64,000 nucleotides of DNA from the human T2T-CHM13v2.0 reference genome, Homo sapiens (GCF_009914755.1 NC_060936.1); one strand, 5' to 3'. Positions 15,316 through 34,664 are shown, numbered from the stretch's first letter. Program-made: numbers and translations. The notes: generated by a model from the letters alone, not told the origin.

Positions 15316-16804
15316 AAGCCATCCTCAAGTGACTGTACAGATTAATTAAGGCCATCTGGATCTATTCTATAGAAAATCAGATGAGGCTAGAATAAAGTAA
15401 ACAGAAAACACTCAGACATGAATAAACTCTTGTATTTCAACCATCATAAAAATGGTAGAACAAAGTATCAATGAGTGTCTGATCTTTAACATCGAACGAG
15501 AAATCACAACACTCTCCCTTCTTCTTATTAAATTAAGGAGGGCAGGAAGGCTTTGTTGCTTGAAGTGCAAAGTTATCAAGTGTCAATTCTTTTCTTCTTT
15601 TTTCCCGGAACAAACAATTGTTTAATATTTTTTTCTCCATGCATTTTAATTGTTGACACAATAATGGATGATTGCAAATATATATTTGATGGCAACAATA
15701 ATGTTACTAACAGTTCTTTTTTATAACTGCAAGACTAGAAATTACTTTTGCATTTAAATAAGATCCCTAAAGTGTTTGAAATAGTCAGCAGTCTGTACGC
15801 ATAGGAATCACAGAAATATTTCAGATTATTTCAAAATGGCAGATCATTCCATAATTTTTTTTCCTTCCCAAAGAGGGATAGGCCATAAAGTCTGAGTAAT
15901 GTCATTGAATCACAGTTAAATCTCTTTCAGCCAAGAAGAAAGGTAACTTCTTATTGAGCCATACTATAAACTGCCTCTTAGCAGTATACAAATTCAGCAT
16001 CTAACAGATCAGGGAAATGCTTGTTTAGAATGATTATATATAATATGGCTTGTCTGTTGCTGCCATATACTTTGAAATATTGGTTTACAGGCTAACTCCT
16101 CATACAAATTCAGGAAGCTTGTTTCTCTGATGTTTTCATTATTATCACCTTTTTCTGCAGCCTCTGATAATAAGTCATAAGTAAATTAAAAATTTAAATA
16201 CTTGCTTAATCCAGCTGAATTAAAGAACACATTGGGTTTTAACTCTTTATATTTTTATTTTTATATAGGCATAGTTTTGTTTATGTATGTTTGTGACTGT
16301 GTATAATTATTCTTTTATGGAGAAAATATGATTATCTTTTATAACTTCAAAGGGTTTTTTTAGGGGATAAAATTTCATGAGATGAATCCAAAGCAATATT
16401 CATAAGACCTGCATTTAACCACTAAATATCAGCTCAGATCTACATTATGTATTTATTAAAGTCAACATCAAGTTGTATCACGTAACCATTTAATAAATGT
16501 GTATGCCTTCCTATAATTTAGCATGTAATGAAAACTTTATTATAACTGAATGACCTAATTGCCACAAATTTCCTATAAGTTCATATTAGGATCACAATTA
16601 TTTTTATAATATTTATACGCATTTAATTCTAATACTGTAAGCATGTCACATTTATAGTTTATAGTCAGCAAAAATTGGTTTTGTCTTTTCTTTTAATACA
16701 TTATCCATATCTTTAATAAAATACCAAAATTTAATTCATCAGCAATAATTTCTAAATTGTCAACTCATCACCATAACATCTGTAGTAATGTTTTGTGGGA
16801 TTTT

Positions 16805-17335
16805 TGCCGAGACCAGCTCAGTCGGGGAGACCCTAACCCAGCAGCGCTAGAGGAAATAAAGACACACACAGAAATATAGAGGTGCGAAGTGGGAAATCTG
16901 GGGTCTCACAGCCTTCAGAGCTGAAAGCCCTGAACAGAGATTTACCCACGTATTTATTAACAGCAAACCAGTCATTAGCATTGTTTCTACAGATATTAAA
17001 TTAACTAAAAGTGTGCCTTATGGGAAATGAAGGGATGGGCTGAATTAAAGGAATAGGTTGGGCTAGTTAACTGCAGCAAGAGCATGTCCTTAAGGCACAG
17101 ATCACTCATGCTATTGTTTGTGGCTTAAGAACGCCTTTAAGTGGTTTTCCGCCCTGGGCAGGCCAGGTGTTCCTTGCCCTCATTCCCATAAACCCACAAC
17201 CTTCCAGCGTGGGTGTTAGGGCCATTACGAACATGTTACAGTGCTTTTGTTACATGTTACATGTTACAGAGATTTTGTTTATGGCCAGTTTTGGGGCCAG
17301 TTTATGGCCAGATTTTGGGGGGCCTGCTCCCAACA
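16805..17335 (-). repeat. 3' LTR (MER9)
   Basis: Minus strand starts TGTTGGGAGCAGGCCCCCCAAAATCTGGCC and ends GGTCTCGGCA; preceded by the polypurine tract. Confidence 0.95.
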
Positions 17336-17337
17336 TG

Positions 17338-17350
17338 TCCCACTTCTTTG
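17338..17350 (-). other. Polypurine tract (PPT)
   Basis: Minus strand AAAGAAGTGGGA immediately upstream of the 3' LTR. Confidence 0.8.
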
Positions 17351-18400
17351 ATTTGCAAATCGATAAACGCAAAGGCAGCTTTGTCAGGGTGGGCTACTTC
17401 TTGCAGGAGTCAGGATCCACATCTGCAGACTATACAAAGACAAACAACACAGATTAAAAGCACAATCATCATTAAAATCACATAGCTTCCAAGTGTTTTT
17501 ATCCATTTTAATGGGTTACTAGCTGTTAATTTGTCTGTAACTCCTTCAAGCACTCCAGTTCCTGGCATTAAGGTCAGGTATGCCTGGGGTACTTTAAATA
17601 TTTGTTCTTTTAATTTTAAATCGTTATGTTAAGCTCCTAGAGTGGGCCATATCATTTGAGGTGAGGTGCCACTATACCACCATGGGTCCAGATAATAGGA
17701 ACTTTTGCCGTACTTCTTATCATTTCTACCATCTGACCATTTTGTTCAGATCATCTGAACATAGTGTGGCTGTGGCACGCAGACTGAGAGGTGCAATTCA
17801 AGCTAAAAATCCACTTAGAGGACCAATTAATAATGATTCCATAGGAATCATTGTGCAGCACCACTGCCTGTTCTGCAATGCAATCTTCCTAAACAAGTTG
17901 GCTCATTTTTTTCTAACTGAGTCCAATCCTGTTTACAAATAGGTTTCTGAGGGCGGTGTGCCTCAATTATATGAGCAGAATTATTATGGTAAATACTGAG
18001 ATCAGAAAGCATGTGTAACTGTGTCATAGAGTGATTGCATCCAGGCATTATTGTCAGCCAAGTTTCATAAATATACCCAATAAGTATAATTGTTCTCTGT
18101 GTCAGCCCATATTGAAGGAATACTCACGGCAGTGGTGATAACCACTATCATAGCTACCATTAAATTACTCGTTGTGACTGGTTGTCCCACTTTCCTCAGG
18201 TTTTCTTCCACCATCTGTGACAGCTTCTTGATCTGTCCCCAGATGGGTGGCTGTGTTCGACGGGTGTTGCTCTTGACAGTTGGGGTCCTCCTCAGTGTCA
18301 GTCTCGACATGGCTGCAACCAGGGGGTCCTTGGGATCCTCCCAGAGTCCCTTCCTTGGCATCTGGTTCATGATAAGGTTTCAGGTGTCTTGATGGCATCC
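17350..18400 (-). pseudogene. env: Truncated HML-3 env remnant
   Basis: ORF 18065-18370 has an HML-type leader/signal peptide (PPIWGQIKKLSQM...hydrophobic stretch...NYTYW); only ~1 kb remains, with stops and frameshifts. Confidence 0.8.
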
Positions 18401-19977
18401 AAATCAGCTGATGATTTTGGCCTGGAGAAATACAAGCATAACCTCTACCCCAAGTTATTATTTTACCTGTTTCCCAACTTTTTGTTATTGGATCTCTCCA
18501 CCAAACCAATTGTTCTGCTTCTGTCTTTGCAGCTGGTTTCTGCAGATGCTGTTCAGCTGCTGATAACATCTGGCCTTTGGGCAGGCTCAAAAAATTTAAA
18601 GTTAATAATGCTAGATTCAGTTGTATCTGTGGTGTTCCATATTCTCTGTCACCCCTTTCTGCTTTTGCAACTGCTGTTTTAGGGAGAGATTCATTCTTTC
18701 TACTATGGCTTGTCCTTGAGAATTGTATGGGATACCAGTAATGTGTTTAATATTCCACATAGGGAAAAATGTAGTTAGAGCTTGGCTAGTATAACCTGGG
18801 GCATTATCTGTTTTAATAGAAGCTGGAATGCCCATCACCACAAAACACTGCAAAAGGTGATGTTTAACACAGGCAGAAGACTCTCCTGATTGGCGTGTAG
18901 CCCAGACAAAGTGAGAAAAAGTGTCCACCCATACATGTACATAAGCTAGTCTCCCATATGAGGGAACATGTGTGACATCCATTTGCCAAAGAGAGTTAGG
19001 TTCCAGTCCTTTAGGATTAACTCTTCCTGTAAAAGATGAGGAATGTACCATTTGGCAAGTTGGGCATTGCTGGATAATAGCTTTAGCTTCTTTCCAGGTA
19101 ATGCTGTATCTGCCTTTGAGACCAGAGGCATTAACATGGGTTAAATTGTGAAAGTGTCTAGCATTAGATATTGCATTAGCAACTAGGTGATCAGCCATTT
19201 GATTCCCTTCAGTCAAAGGTCCTGGAAGAGGTGTATGAGCCCTAAAGTGAGTGATGTAAAAAGGATGCATTCTACTCCTAACTGCTCTTTACAATTGGGT
19301 AAATAAAGTCATCAGTTGTTCATCTGTATGCAATTGTAACTGAACACTTTCAATTACTTGTGTGGAATGAACCACGTATGAAGAATCAGAAATCACATTA
19401 ATAGGTATATCAAAAGCAATTAATACCTCAATTACAGCTACCAGCTCCGCTTTTTGAGCTGAAGTATAGGATGTCTGGAAAACTTTACTTTTTGAGCCAA
19501 AATAAGAGTACTTACCATTACTAGACCCATCTATAAAACAATGAAAATGCTTAGCAGACTGCAGGTTGTTTACTGCAGAAATTGTAAATGCAAACTGTTC
19601 ACAGTCTTGCTCAGCTAAGAGGGTAGTAAAGAAATAGTCTTTTAAATCTGTGATTATTAAAGGCCAATTTTTTGGAATTATAGCAGGAGAAGGTACAATC
19701 CTGGCTGTAATGCTCCCATAGGTTTTATAACTGAATTAATGGCTCTTAAGTCAGTTAACATTCTCCATTTACCTGATTTTTTCTTAATTACGAAAACTGG
19801 AGAATTCCAAGGGGAAAATGTTGGAGCTACGTGCCCATTTTCTAATTGTTCAGTAGCTAATGTCTCTAAAGCCTCCAGTTTCTCTTTACTTAGCAGCCAT
19901 TGTTCTATCCAAATTGGCTTATCTGTTAACCATTTTAAAGCTATAGGTTCTGGAGGCTTAACAATGGCCGCCATCAA
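18380..19977 (-). pseudogene. pol: HML-3 pol remnant: RT N-terminus fused to RNase H, plus integrase
   Basis: ORF 19678-19977 ([26 protein letters not shown]); RNase H motifs (DGSSNG, SAQKAEL); ORF 18617-19270 has HHCC and D,D(35)E; integrase C-terminus (WGRGYAC) in ORF 18165-18590. Confidence 0.92.
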
Positions 19978-20333
19978 AAATTATTTCCTAATCTTTGGCG
20001 AGAACTTTGTGTTTCCGCTTGAAGCGGTTCTTTTTTTTTTTTTTTTTCTTCAGGTACTCATCACCCAGCAGTTTTTAATCTGAAAATGTTGCCATATTTG
20101 CTTTAAGTTTTTTTTTCTTTTTTTTATTATTATACTTTAAGTTTTAGTGTACATGTGCACAATGCGCAGGTTAGTTACATATGTATACACGTGCCATGCT
20201 GGTGTGCTGCACCCATCAACTCATCATTTAGCATTAGGTATATATCCTAATGCTAACCCTCCCCCCTTCCCCAACCCCACAACAGTCCCCAGTGTGTGAT
20301 GTTCCCCTTCCTGTGTCCATGTGTTCTCATTGT

Positions 20334-23915
<3,582 letters not shown>

Positions 23916-23978
23916 TATGATGTTAGCTAGTTATTTTGCTCGTTAGTTGATGCAGTTTCTTCCTAGTCTCAATGGTCT

Positions 23979-24993
23979 TTACCTTTTGGCATGATTTTGC
24001 AGCGGCTGGTACCGGTTGTTCCTTTCCATGTTTAGCACTTCCTTCAGGAGCTCCTTTAGGGCAGGCCTGGTGGTGACAAAATCTCTCAGCATTTGCTTGT
24101 CTGTAAAATATTTTATTTCTCCTTCACTTATGAAGCTTAGTTTGGCTGGAAATGAAATTCTGGGTTGAAAATTCTTTTCCTTAAGAATGTTGAATATTGG
24201 ACCCCACTCTCTTCTGGCTTGTAGAATTTCTGCTGAGAGATCTGCTGTTAGTCTGATGGGCTTCCCTTTGTGGGTAACCAGACCTTTCTCTCTGGCTGCC
24301 CTTAACATTTTTTCCTTCATTTCAACCTTGGTGAATCTGATAATTATGTGTCTTGGAGTTGCTCTTCTCAAGGAGTATCTTTGTGGCATTCTCTGTATTT
24401 CCTGAATCTGAATGTTGGCCTGCCTTGCTAGATTGGGGAAGTTCTCCTGGATAATATCCTGCATAGTGTTTTCCAACTTGGTTCCATTCTCCCCGTCACT
24501 TTCAGGTACACCAATCAGATGTAGATTTGGTCTTTTCACATAGTCCCATATTTCTTGGAGTGTTTGTTCATTTCTTTTTATTCTTTTATCTCTAAACTTC
24601 CCTTCTCGCTTCATTTCATTCATTTCATCTTCCATCACTGATAACCTTTCTTCCAGTTGATTGCATCGGCTCCTGAGGCTTCTGCATTCTTCACGTAGTT
24701 CTCGAGCCTTGGCTTTCAGCTCCATCAGCTCCTTTAAGCACTTCTCTGTGTTGGTTATTCTAGTTATACATTCTTCTAAATTTTTTTCAAAGTTTTCAAC
24801 TTCTTTTCCTTTGGTTTGAATTTCCTCCTGTAGCTCAGAGTAATTTGATCATCTGAAGCCTTCTTCTCTCAACTCGTCAAAATCATTCTCCATCCAGCTT
24901 TGTTCCGTTGCTGGTGAGGAACTGCGTTCCTTTGGAGGAGGAGAGGTGCTCTGCTTTTTAGAGTTTCCAGTTTTTCTGTTGTTTTTTCCCCAT
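23979..24993 (-). pseudogene. L1 ORF1, frameshifted near its start
   Basis: ATG at 24993; open 248-aa C-terminal part (coiled coil end, RRM, CTD; ARREWGPIF, DFVTTRPAL). Confidence 0.93.
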
Positions 24994-25390
24994 CTTTGTG
25001 GTTTTATCTACTTTTGGTCTTTGATTATGGTGATGTACAGATGGGTTTTTGGTGTGAATGTCCTTTCTGTTTGTTAGTTTTCCTTCTAACAGACAGGACC
25101 CTCAGCTGCAGGTCTGTTGGAGTTTGCTAGGGGTCCACTCCAGATGCTGTTTTCCTGGGTATCAGCAGCGGTGTCTGCAGAACCGTGGATTTTCATGATC
25201 TGTGAATGCTGCTGTCTGATCGTTCCTCTGGAAGTTTTGTCTCAGAGAAGTACCCGGCCATGTGAGGTGTCAGTCTGCCCCTACTGTGGGGTGCCTCCCA
25301 GTTAGGCTGCTCGGGGGTCAGGCGTCAGGGACCCACTTGAGGAGGCAGTCTGCCCATTCTCAGATCTCCAGTTGCATGCTGGGAGAACCA

Positions 25391-27090
25391 CTTTCAAAGC
25401 TTGCAAATTTTTTTCTAGTCCCATACCAGGGACATACCCTATTTCATGCATTGTATGTTGACTTTGAGGGCTATATAATTGTTCTGGAATTAGAACTTGT
25501 GCTCCCCACTGTTGTAATAAATCTCTTCCCCATAAATTTATAGGTAGAGAAGTTATAATTGGTTGAATAGCCCCAGGTTGTCTATCGGGCCCTTCACAAT
25601 GTAAAATATAACTACTTTGATATACTTCAGCAGCTTTCCCAACTCCAACTATGTTAAATTGAGTGGGTTGAATTGGCCATGTGGACCACCAGTGCTGTAG
25701 AGAAATGATTGAAATATCCGCTCCTGTATCTACCAAACCTTTAAATTTCTTTCCCCGAATAGTTATTTCACAGGTAGGATGTTTATCAGTAATTTGTTTT
25801 ACCCAATAAGCTGCTTTGCCTTGTTTATTTGTGCTTCCAAATCCTCCTGTTCATTTAATTTCACTTTTTCCTATTCCCACATATAGCACAATCAGGAGCT
25901 GTGCTATGCACTCTCCTGGCTCTGCTTTCCAGGGAACAGAAGTAGATATAACAGTTTGAATTTCCCCATTATAATCTGAAACAATGACTCCTGTATGTAT
26001 TTGTGCCCCTTTTAAACCTAAACTATGAACAGACACTTCTCAAAAGAAGACATTTATGCAGCCAAAAAACACATGAAAAAATGCTCATCATCACTGGCCA
26101 TCAGAGAAATGCAAATCAAAACCACAATGAGATACCGTCTCACACCAGTTAGAATGGCAATCATTAAAAAGTCAGGAAACAACAGGTGCTTGGGAGGATG
26201 TGGAGAAATAGGAACACTTTTACACTGTTGGTGGGACTGTAAACTGGTTCAACCATTGTGGAAGTCAGTGTGGCAATTCCTCCGGGATCTGGAACTAGAA
26301 ATACCATTTGACTCAGCCAACCCATTACTGGGTATATACCCAAAGGATTATAAATCATGCTGCTATAAAGACACATGCACACATATGTTTATTGTGGTGC
26401 TGTTCACAATGGCAAAGACTTGGAACCAACCCAAATGTTCATCAATGATAGACTGGATTAAGAAAATGTGGCACATATACACCATGGAATACTATGCAGC
26501 CATAAAAAATGATGAGTTCATGTCCTTGGTAGGGACATGGATGAAGCTGGAAAACCATCATTCTCAGCAAACTATCACAAGGACAAAAAACCAAACACCG
26601 CATGTTCTCACTCATAGGTGTGAATTGAACAGTGAGAACACATGGACACAGGAGGGGGAACATCACACACCAGGGACTGTTGTGGGGTGGGGGGAGTGGG
26701 GAGGGATAGCTTTAGGAGATATACCTAATACTAAATGATGAGTTGATGGGTGCAGCACACCAACTTGGCACATGTATACATATGTAACAAACCTGCACAT
26801 TGTGCACATGTACCCTAAAACTTAAAGCAGAATAATAATAAAATTTTTTAAAATGTCAAAAAAAAAAAAAAACCTAAACTAGACCTTCCTAAAAGTAATC
26901 CTATTGTCCCTGCTAGCAAGGGTCCACAGACTCCTGTTGGGACCTTTTGCAGGGTGTTCCCCAGGCAGAAGGCTCACAGCTCTTGTGCAGCATTAATCTA
27001 CTACAGCTCTACCAGCTGTGGCAGGGGACAGACATTGTACTGGGTTGAGGGAATGGCCTGAGCTGGAAATGCCCCAGTTTAGAATGCAGC
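25391..27090 (-). pseudogene. pro: HML-3 dUTPase-protease(-G-patch) remnant, split by two L1s
   Basis: ORF 25302-25736 has LVDTGAD, NLWGRDLL and the G-patch start GYVPGMGL; dUTPase-like GVIVSDYNGEI in ORF 25851-26036. Confidence 0.9.
26026..26869 (+). mobile_element. 5'-truncated L1PA4-like LINE-1 inside HERV dUTPase
   Basis: ORF2 C-terminus, 3'UTR and poly(A); 12-bp TSD AAACCTAAACTA (26014-26025, 26870-26881) at a TT/AAAC endonuclease site. Confidence 0.95.
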
Positions 27091-28408
27091 CTGGGACGGG
27101 CCCCTCATGGCATTTCCTGAAATCAGGTTCCCTTCTTTATCAGAGTGACACTGATTACCCCAATGTTTTCCTTGTTTACATTTTGGACATATTTCAGGAT
27201 CAGCAGTTTTCTTTTTTCCCCTATCTGGTGGCCTGACTCACTGACTTTTTTCTATATTCATTTTTAGTATGACCATGCTTCCCACAGTTAAAACAAACTC
27301 CAGGAAATGGAGTATTTCCTTTATCCACTCTCAGTCCCGCTGTTGCCTGTGCCAACAAAGCAGCTTTATGCAGATTACCTCCGATACCGTCACAGGCCTT
27401 GATATAATCAGCTAAATGTGCTTTCCCTCTGATAGGTCACTGAGAAGCCTGGCAATCTCGATTAGCATTATTGAAAGCTAATAACTGCAGCCCTATATAC
27501 TGGGCAGCTGAATCTGTAATCATCTTTTTAAGAGACTACTGTAACAGAGCTATAAAATCAACATATGGTTCTCTTAGTCCCTGTTTTATAGCACTAAAGG
27601 AAAGGTACTGTTCCCCATCTGAAGCAATTTTTTCCCAAGCTCTAATGCACACTCCTCTAAGCTGTTCTATGACATCATCCTGCATGACAAGTTGTGCATC
27701 TAAACCAGCCCAGGTGCTAACCCCAAAAGTTGGTCTGCAGTTATATTAATTTGAGGTTGGGCATGGGCATTCTGAGCAGCCTGAATGGAAGCTTCATCTG
27801 CCCACCAAGTTTTAAATTGTAAGAACTGAGCAGGAGTTAGACAAGCTCGAGTAAGAGCATCCCAGTCAGCAGGAATCATCTGATTGGAAACAGCAACATT
27901 CTTTAACAGTCCCATTACAAAAGGAGAACCTGGTCCATACTGATTTATAGCTTGTTTAAATTCTTTGAGTAATTTAAAAGGAAAAGGCTCAAATGTAGCT
28001 ATAATATTTCGCTGTTGATCTAGGGAAATATTATATATATATTATCCTGTATTCTAACAGGAAACTGCCAAGCCTCTAATCACCCTCTTGTCTAGCTTGC
28101 TGAATTCCTGCCTGAATAGAACTAAGAGTGGTAGCTTGAGGCACTGCTCAAACAGTCACTGGGGCAACTACTTTTTGCCTAGTGTCCTCCAGAAAAGAAA
28201 GATCTGGAGCGTCTTTTTCTTCAAAATAATAACGAGGGGGTGCAGAAGGGTAGGGATGAACCTCTCCTTCCTTTGCCGCTTTAGCTTTAGCTGGTAAATA
28301 AACATGCTCTGTAACCTCTTCTGCTACTTTGTTATACTCTCCTTCCTCCTCCTCATCAGTGTGAAAAAGTTCCAAGGTGGAATGAACCACACCCCACACT
28401 TGTCTCAT
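27090..28408 (-). pseudogene. gag: HML-3 gag remnant
   Basis: ORFs 28148-28408 (PSAPP late-domain-like) and 27700-27915 (capsid-like PADWDAL, FLQFKTWW); zinc-knuckle CFNCGKHGH near 27270-27297. Confidence 0.88.
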
Positions 28409-28534
28409 TGTTACCCTGATGCTTCTGAACTCCCCTTCTTACTCACCATGGGGATTGCTTTAAGAGTACTCAGGTGTCCTCCAGCTAGTTTTCCATTCCA
28501 ACCATCACTCCGGCGACACTTCAACCTGGATTCG

Positions 28535-28552
28535 ACCCCCCGATGAACGCCA
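28535..28552 (-). other. Primer binding site, degenerate tRNA-Lys
   Basis: Minus strand TGGCGTTCATCGGGGGGT, 2 nt after the 5' LTR, versus the Lys(CTT) PBS TGGCGCCCAACGTGGGGC. Confidence 0.8.
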
Positions 28553-28554
28553 CT

Positions 28555-29066
28555 TGCCGAGACCAGCTCAGTCGGGGAGACCCTAACCCAGCGGCGCTAG
28601 AGGAATTAAAGACACACACACAGAAATATAGAGGTGCGAAGTGGGAAATCTGGGGTCTCACAGTCTTCAGAGCTGAAAGCCCTGAAGAGAGATTTACCCA
28701 CGTATTTATTAACAGCAAACCAGTCATTAGCATTGTTTCTATAGATATTAAATTAACTAAAATATCCCTTATGGGAAACGAAGGGATGGGCCGAATTAAA
28801 GGAATAGGTTGGGCTGGTTAACTGAAGCAGGAGCATGTCCTTAAGGCACAGATCACTCATGCTATTGTTTGTGGCTTAAGAATGCCTTTAAGTGGTTTTC
28901 TGCCCTGGGCAGGCCAGGTGTTCCTTGCCCTCATTCCCGTAAACCCACAACCTTCCAGCGTGGGCATTAGGGCCCTTATGAACATGTTACAGTGCTGCAG
29001 AGATTTTGTTTATGGCCAGTTTTGGGGCCAGTTTATGGCCAGATTTTGGGGGGCCTGCTCCCAACA
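28555..29066 (-). repeat. 5' LTR (MER9)
   Basis: 512-bp direct repeat of 16805-17335, followed by the PBS on the minus strand. Confidence 0.95.
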
Positions 29067-29178
29067 GATTTTATTGTTTATCTTTTATCTTAAGACTTGG
29101 CTAAAAAGAATAGTACCCCTTTACTTTTGGTAGTTAAAATTTTACTTCCATACTGCAATGACTAAATCTCTATTGTAA

Positions 29179-32420
<3,242 letters not shown>

Positions 32421-33365
32421 TAAATCTTTATTGTAAATTTTACCCCCTGCATCCAAAAATATTTTTCCTTTCTTGTCTTCACCCTAAAATCAGAGGTTTT
32501 GAGCTCGTGGCTGGTTGCTGACAGTGGACATAATCTGTTTTATCTTTTCTCCATCCCATGTTCTATTATATCATGATCAATTGTTTCACTCAGAAATTCA
32601 ATGAATTTCAAGATAATCATGGTACTATTGTGACCTACGCAGGCTAAGGGCATTTCTAAAGGAAACAAAGAAATCATAAGGTTACTGTTGTTAAAATTTC
32701 ATAAAATGAGTTTATTTCTGCACACATAATGAAAAATACTAATTTTTCTAGAGTTCTTATAAAATTATTTAGTGCAATTTAACTTACTAGAAATAAAAAA
32801 TTATACCTAAAAATGATATAGACTATTATGTGCAAGAAATTTTACATATGAAAATCCAGTATTTGACACAGGCAAAGCATGTCAAACATTTTTTTCTACA
32901 AAATTTTACAGAAAATTTAATATTCTCAGGATAAACAATTCTTGCACAATTCCTTTTGATCATGCATTTCAAAATATTGAACAAATGAGAACTCTGATCA
33001 GTAGTGCATAAAAGTGAAGGAATTAAGGAAAGTGTTACAAAAGTGACTCTATGTAGTAAGGTCTAAAGAATATAAATTATTGCATAAGTTTTATGAACAA
33101 CTTTTAAAAGCCATATTTAAGCATTTAAATTACATTTCTTATTTAGTTCCTCTTATGAGTTTTAATTTAGTGCCATGATGTTCACAATATCATTAAAGAT
33201 TTTTCAGTATCTGAACACTGCCTTGTAGTGCACACTTATTTATGAATATAGATATGGAACATTTTCACAGATTAGTTAAACTTTCTCCTTTATATCTATC
33301 TTGCTTTTATAAAAATCAGAGTCAATACAAAGATGTTTCAGGTGATTAAAAAGTTTGTCAACACA

Positions 33366-34664
33366 CAAAGTCGATAAAAATAAGCAATGGGAAAAGAATT
33401 CCCTATTCAGTAAATGCTGTGGGGATAACTGGTTGGTGGAAGAATGAAACTGGACCCCTAACTTTCACCAGGTACAAAAACTGGTAATGCAAGAAGGATT
33501 AAAGATTTAAATGTAAGATCTCAAACTATAAAAATCCTATAAGATAACCTAGGAAATACGATTTGGACTTCAGCCTTGGCAAAAAATTTATGCCTAAGTC
33601 CTCAAAAGCAATTTCAACAAAAACAAAAATTGACAAATGGGACCTAATTAAACAAAAAAGCTCTGTGCAGCAAAAAAAGAAACTATCAATAGAGTAAACA
33701 GACGACCTACAGAAAGGGAGAAAATATTTGCAAGCTATGCATCTGACAAAGGCATAATATCCAGAATCTATAAGGAACCTCAACAATTCAACAAACAAAA
33801 AACGAACTCCATTAAAAAGTGGGCAAAAGACATGAACAGACACTTCTAAAAAGAAGACATACAAGTGGCCAAAAAATGTATGAAAAATGCTCCACATCAC
33901 TAATCACGTGAAAAATGAAAGTCAAAACCACAGTAAGATGCCCTTTCACAAAAGTCAGACTGGCTATTTTTTAAAAGTCGATAAACAACAGATGCTGGTG
34001 AGGCTTCAGAGAAAAGGAAGTGGTTATTCCCTGTTGGTGAGAATGTAAATTAGTTCAGCTACCGTGAAAGCAGTTTAGAGATTTCTCAAAGAACTTAAAG
34101 CAGAACTACTATTTGACTAAGCAATCCCATTACTGGGTACATATCCAAAAGAAAATGAATCGTTCTACCAAAATTAGACACATGCATTCATATGTTCATC
34201 ACAGTACTATTCAGTATCACAATGACATGGAATCAACGTAGGTGCCCATCAATGGTCGATTGGATAAAGAAAATGTGGTACACATACACCATGGAATACT
34301 ACGGAGTCATTAAAAAGAACAAAATTATGTCCTTTGCAGCAACATGGATGCAGCTGGAGGCCATTATCCTAAGTGAATAAATTCAGGAACAGAAAACCTG
34401 CTACCTCATGTTTTCACTTGTAAGTGGGAGCTAAACATTGGATACTCGTGGATATAAGGATGGTAATAATAGACACTGAGGTCCACTAGAGGGGGTAACG
34501 GAGGGAGGCAAATATTGAAAAACTACATATTGGGTGCTATGCTCCCTACCCAGGTGACAGAATCATTCATATCCCACACCTCGGCATCCTGCAATATACC
34601 CATGTAACAAACATACACATGTAACCCCTGAATTGAAAATGAAAGATGATATTATTTTTAAAAA
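33366..34664 (+). mobile_element. 5'-truncated L1PB-type LINE-1 3' part
   Basis: Degenerate ORF2 C-terminus (DWIKKMWYTYTMEYY) and L1PB4-like 3'UTR. Confidence 0.85.
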
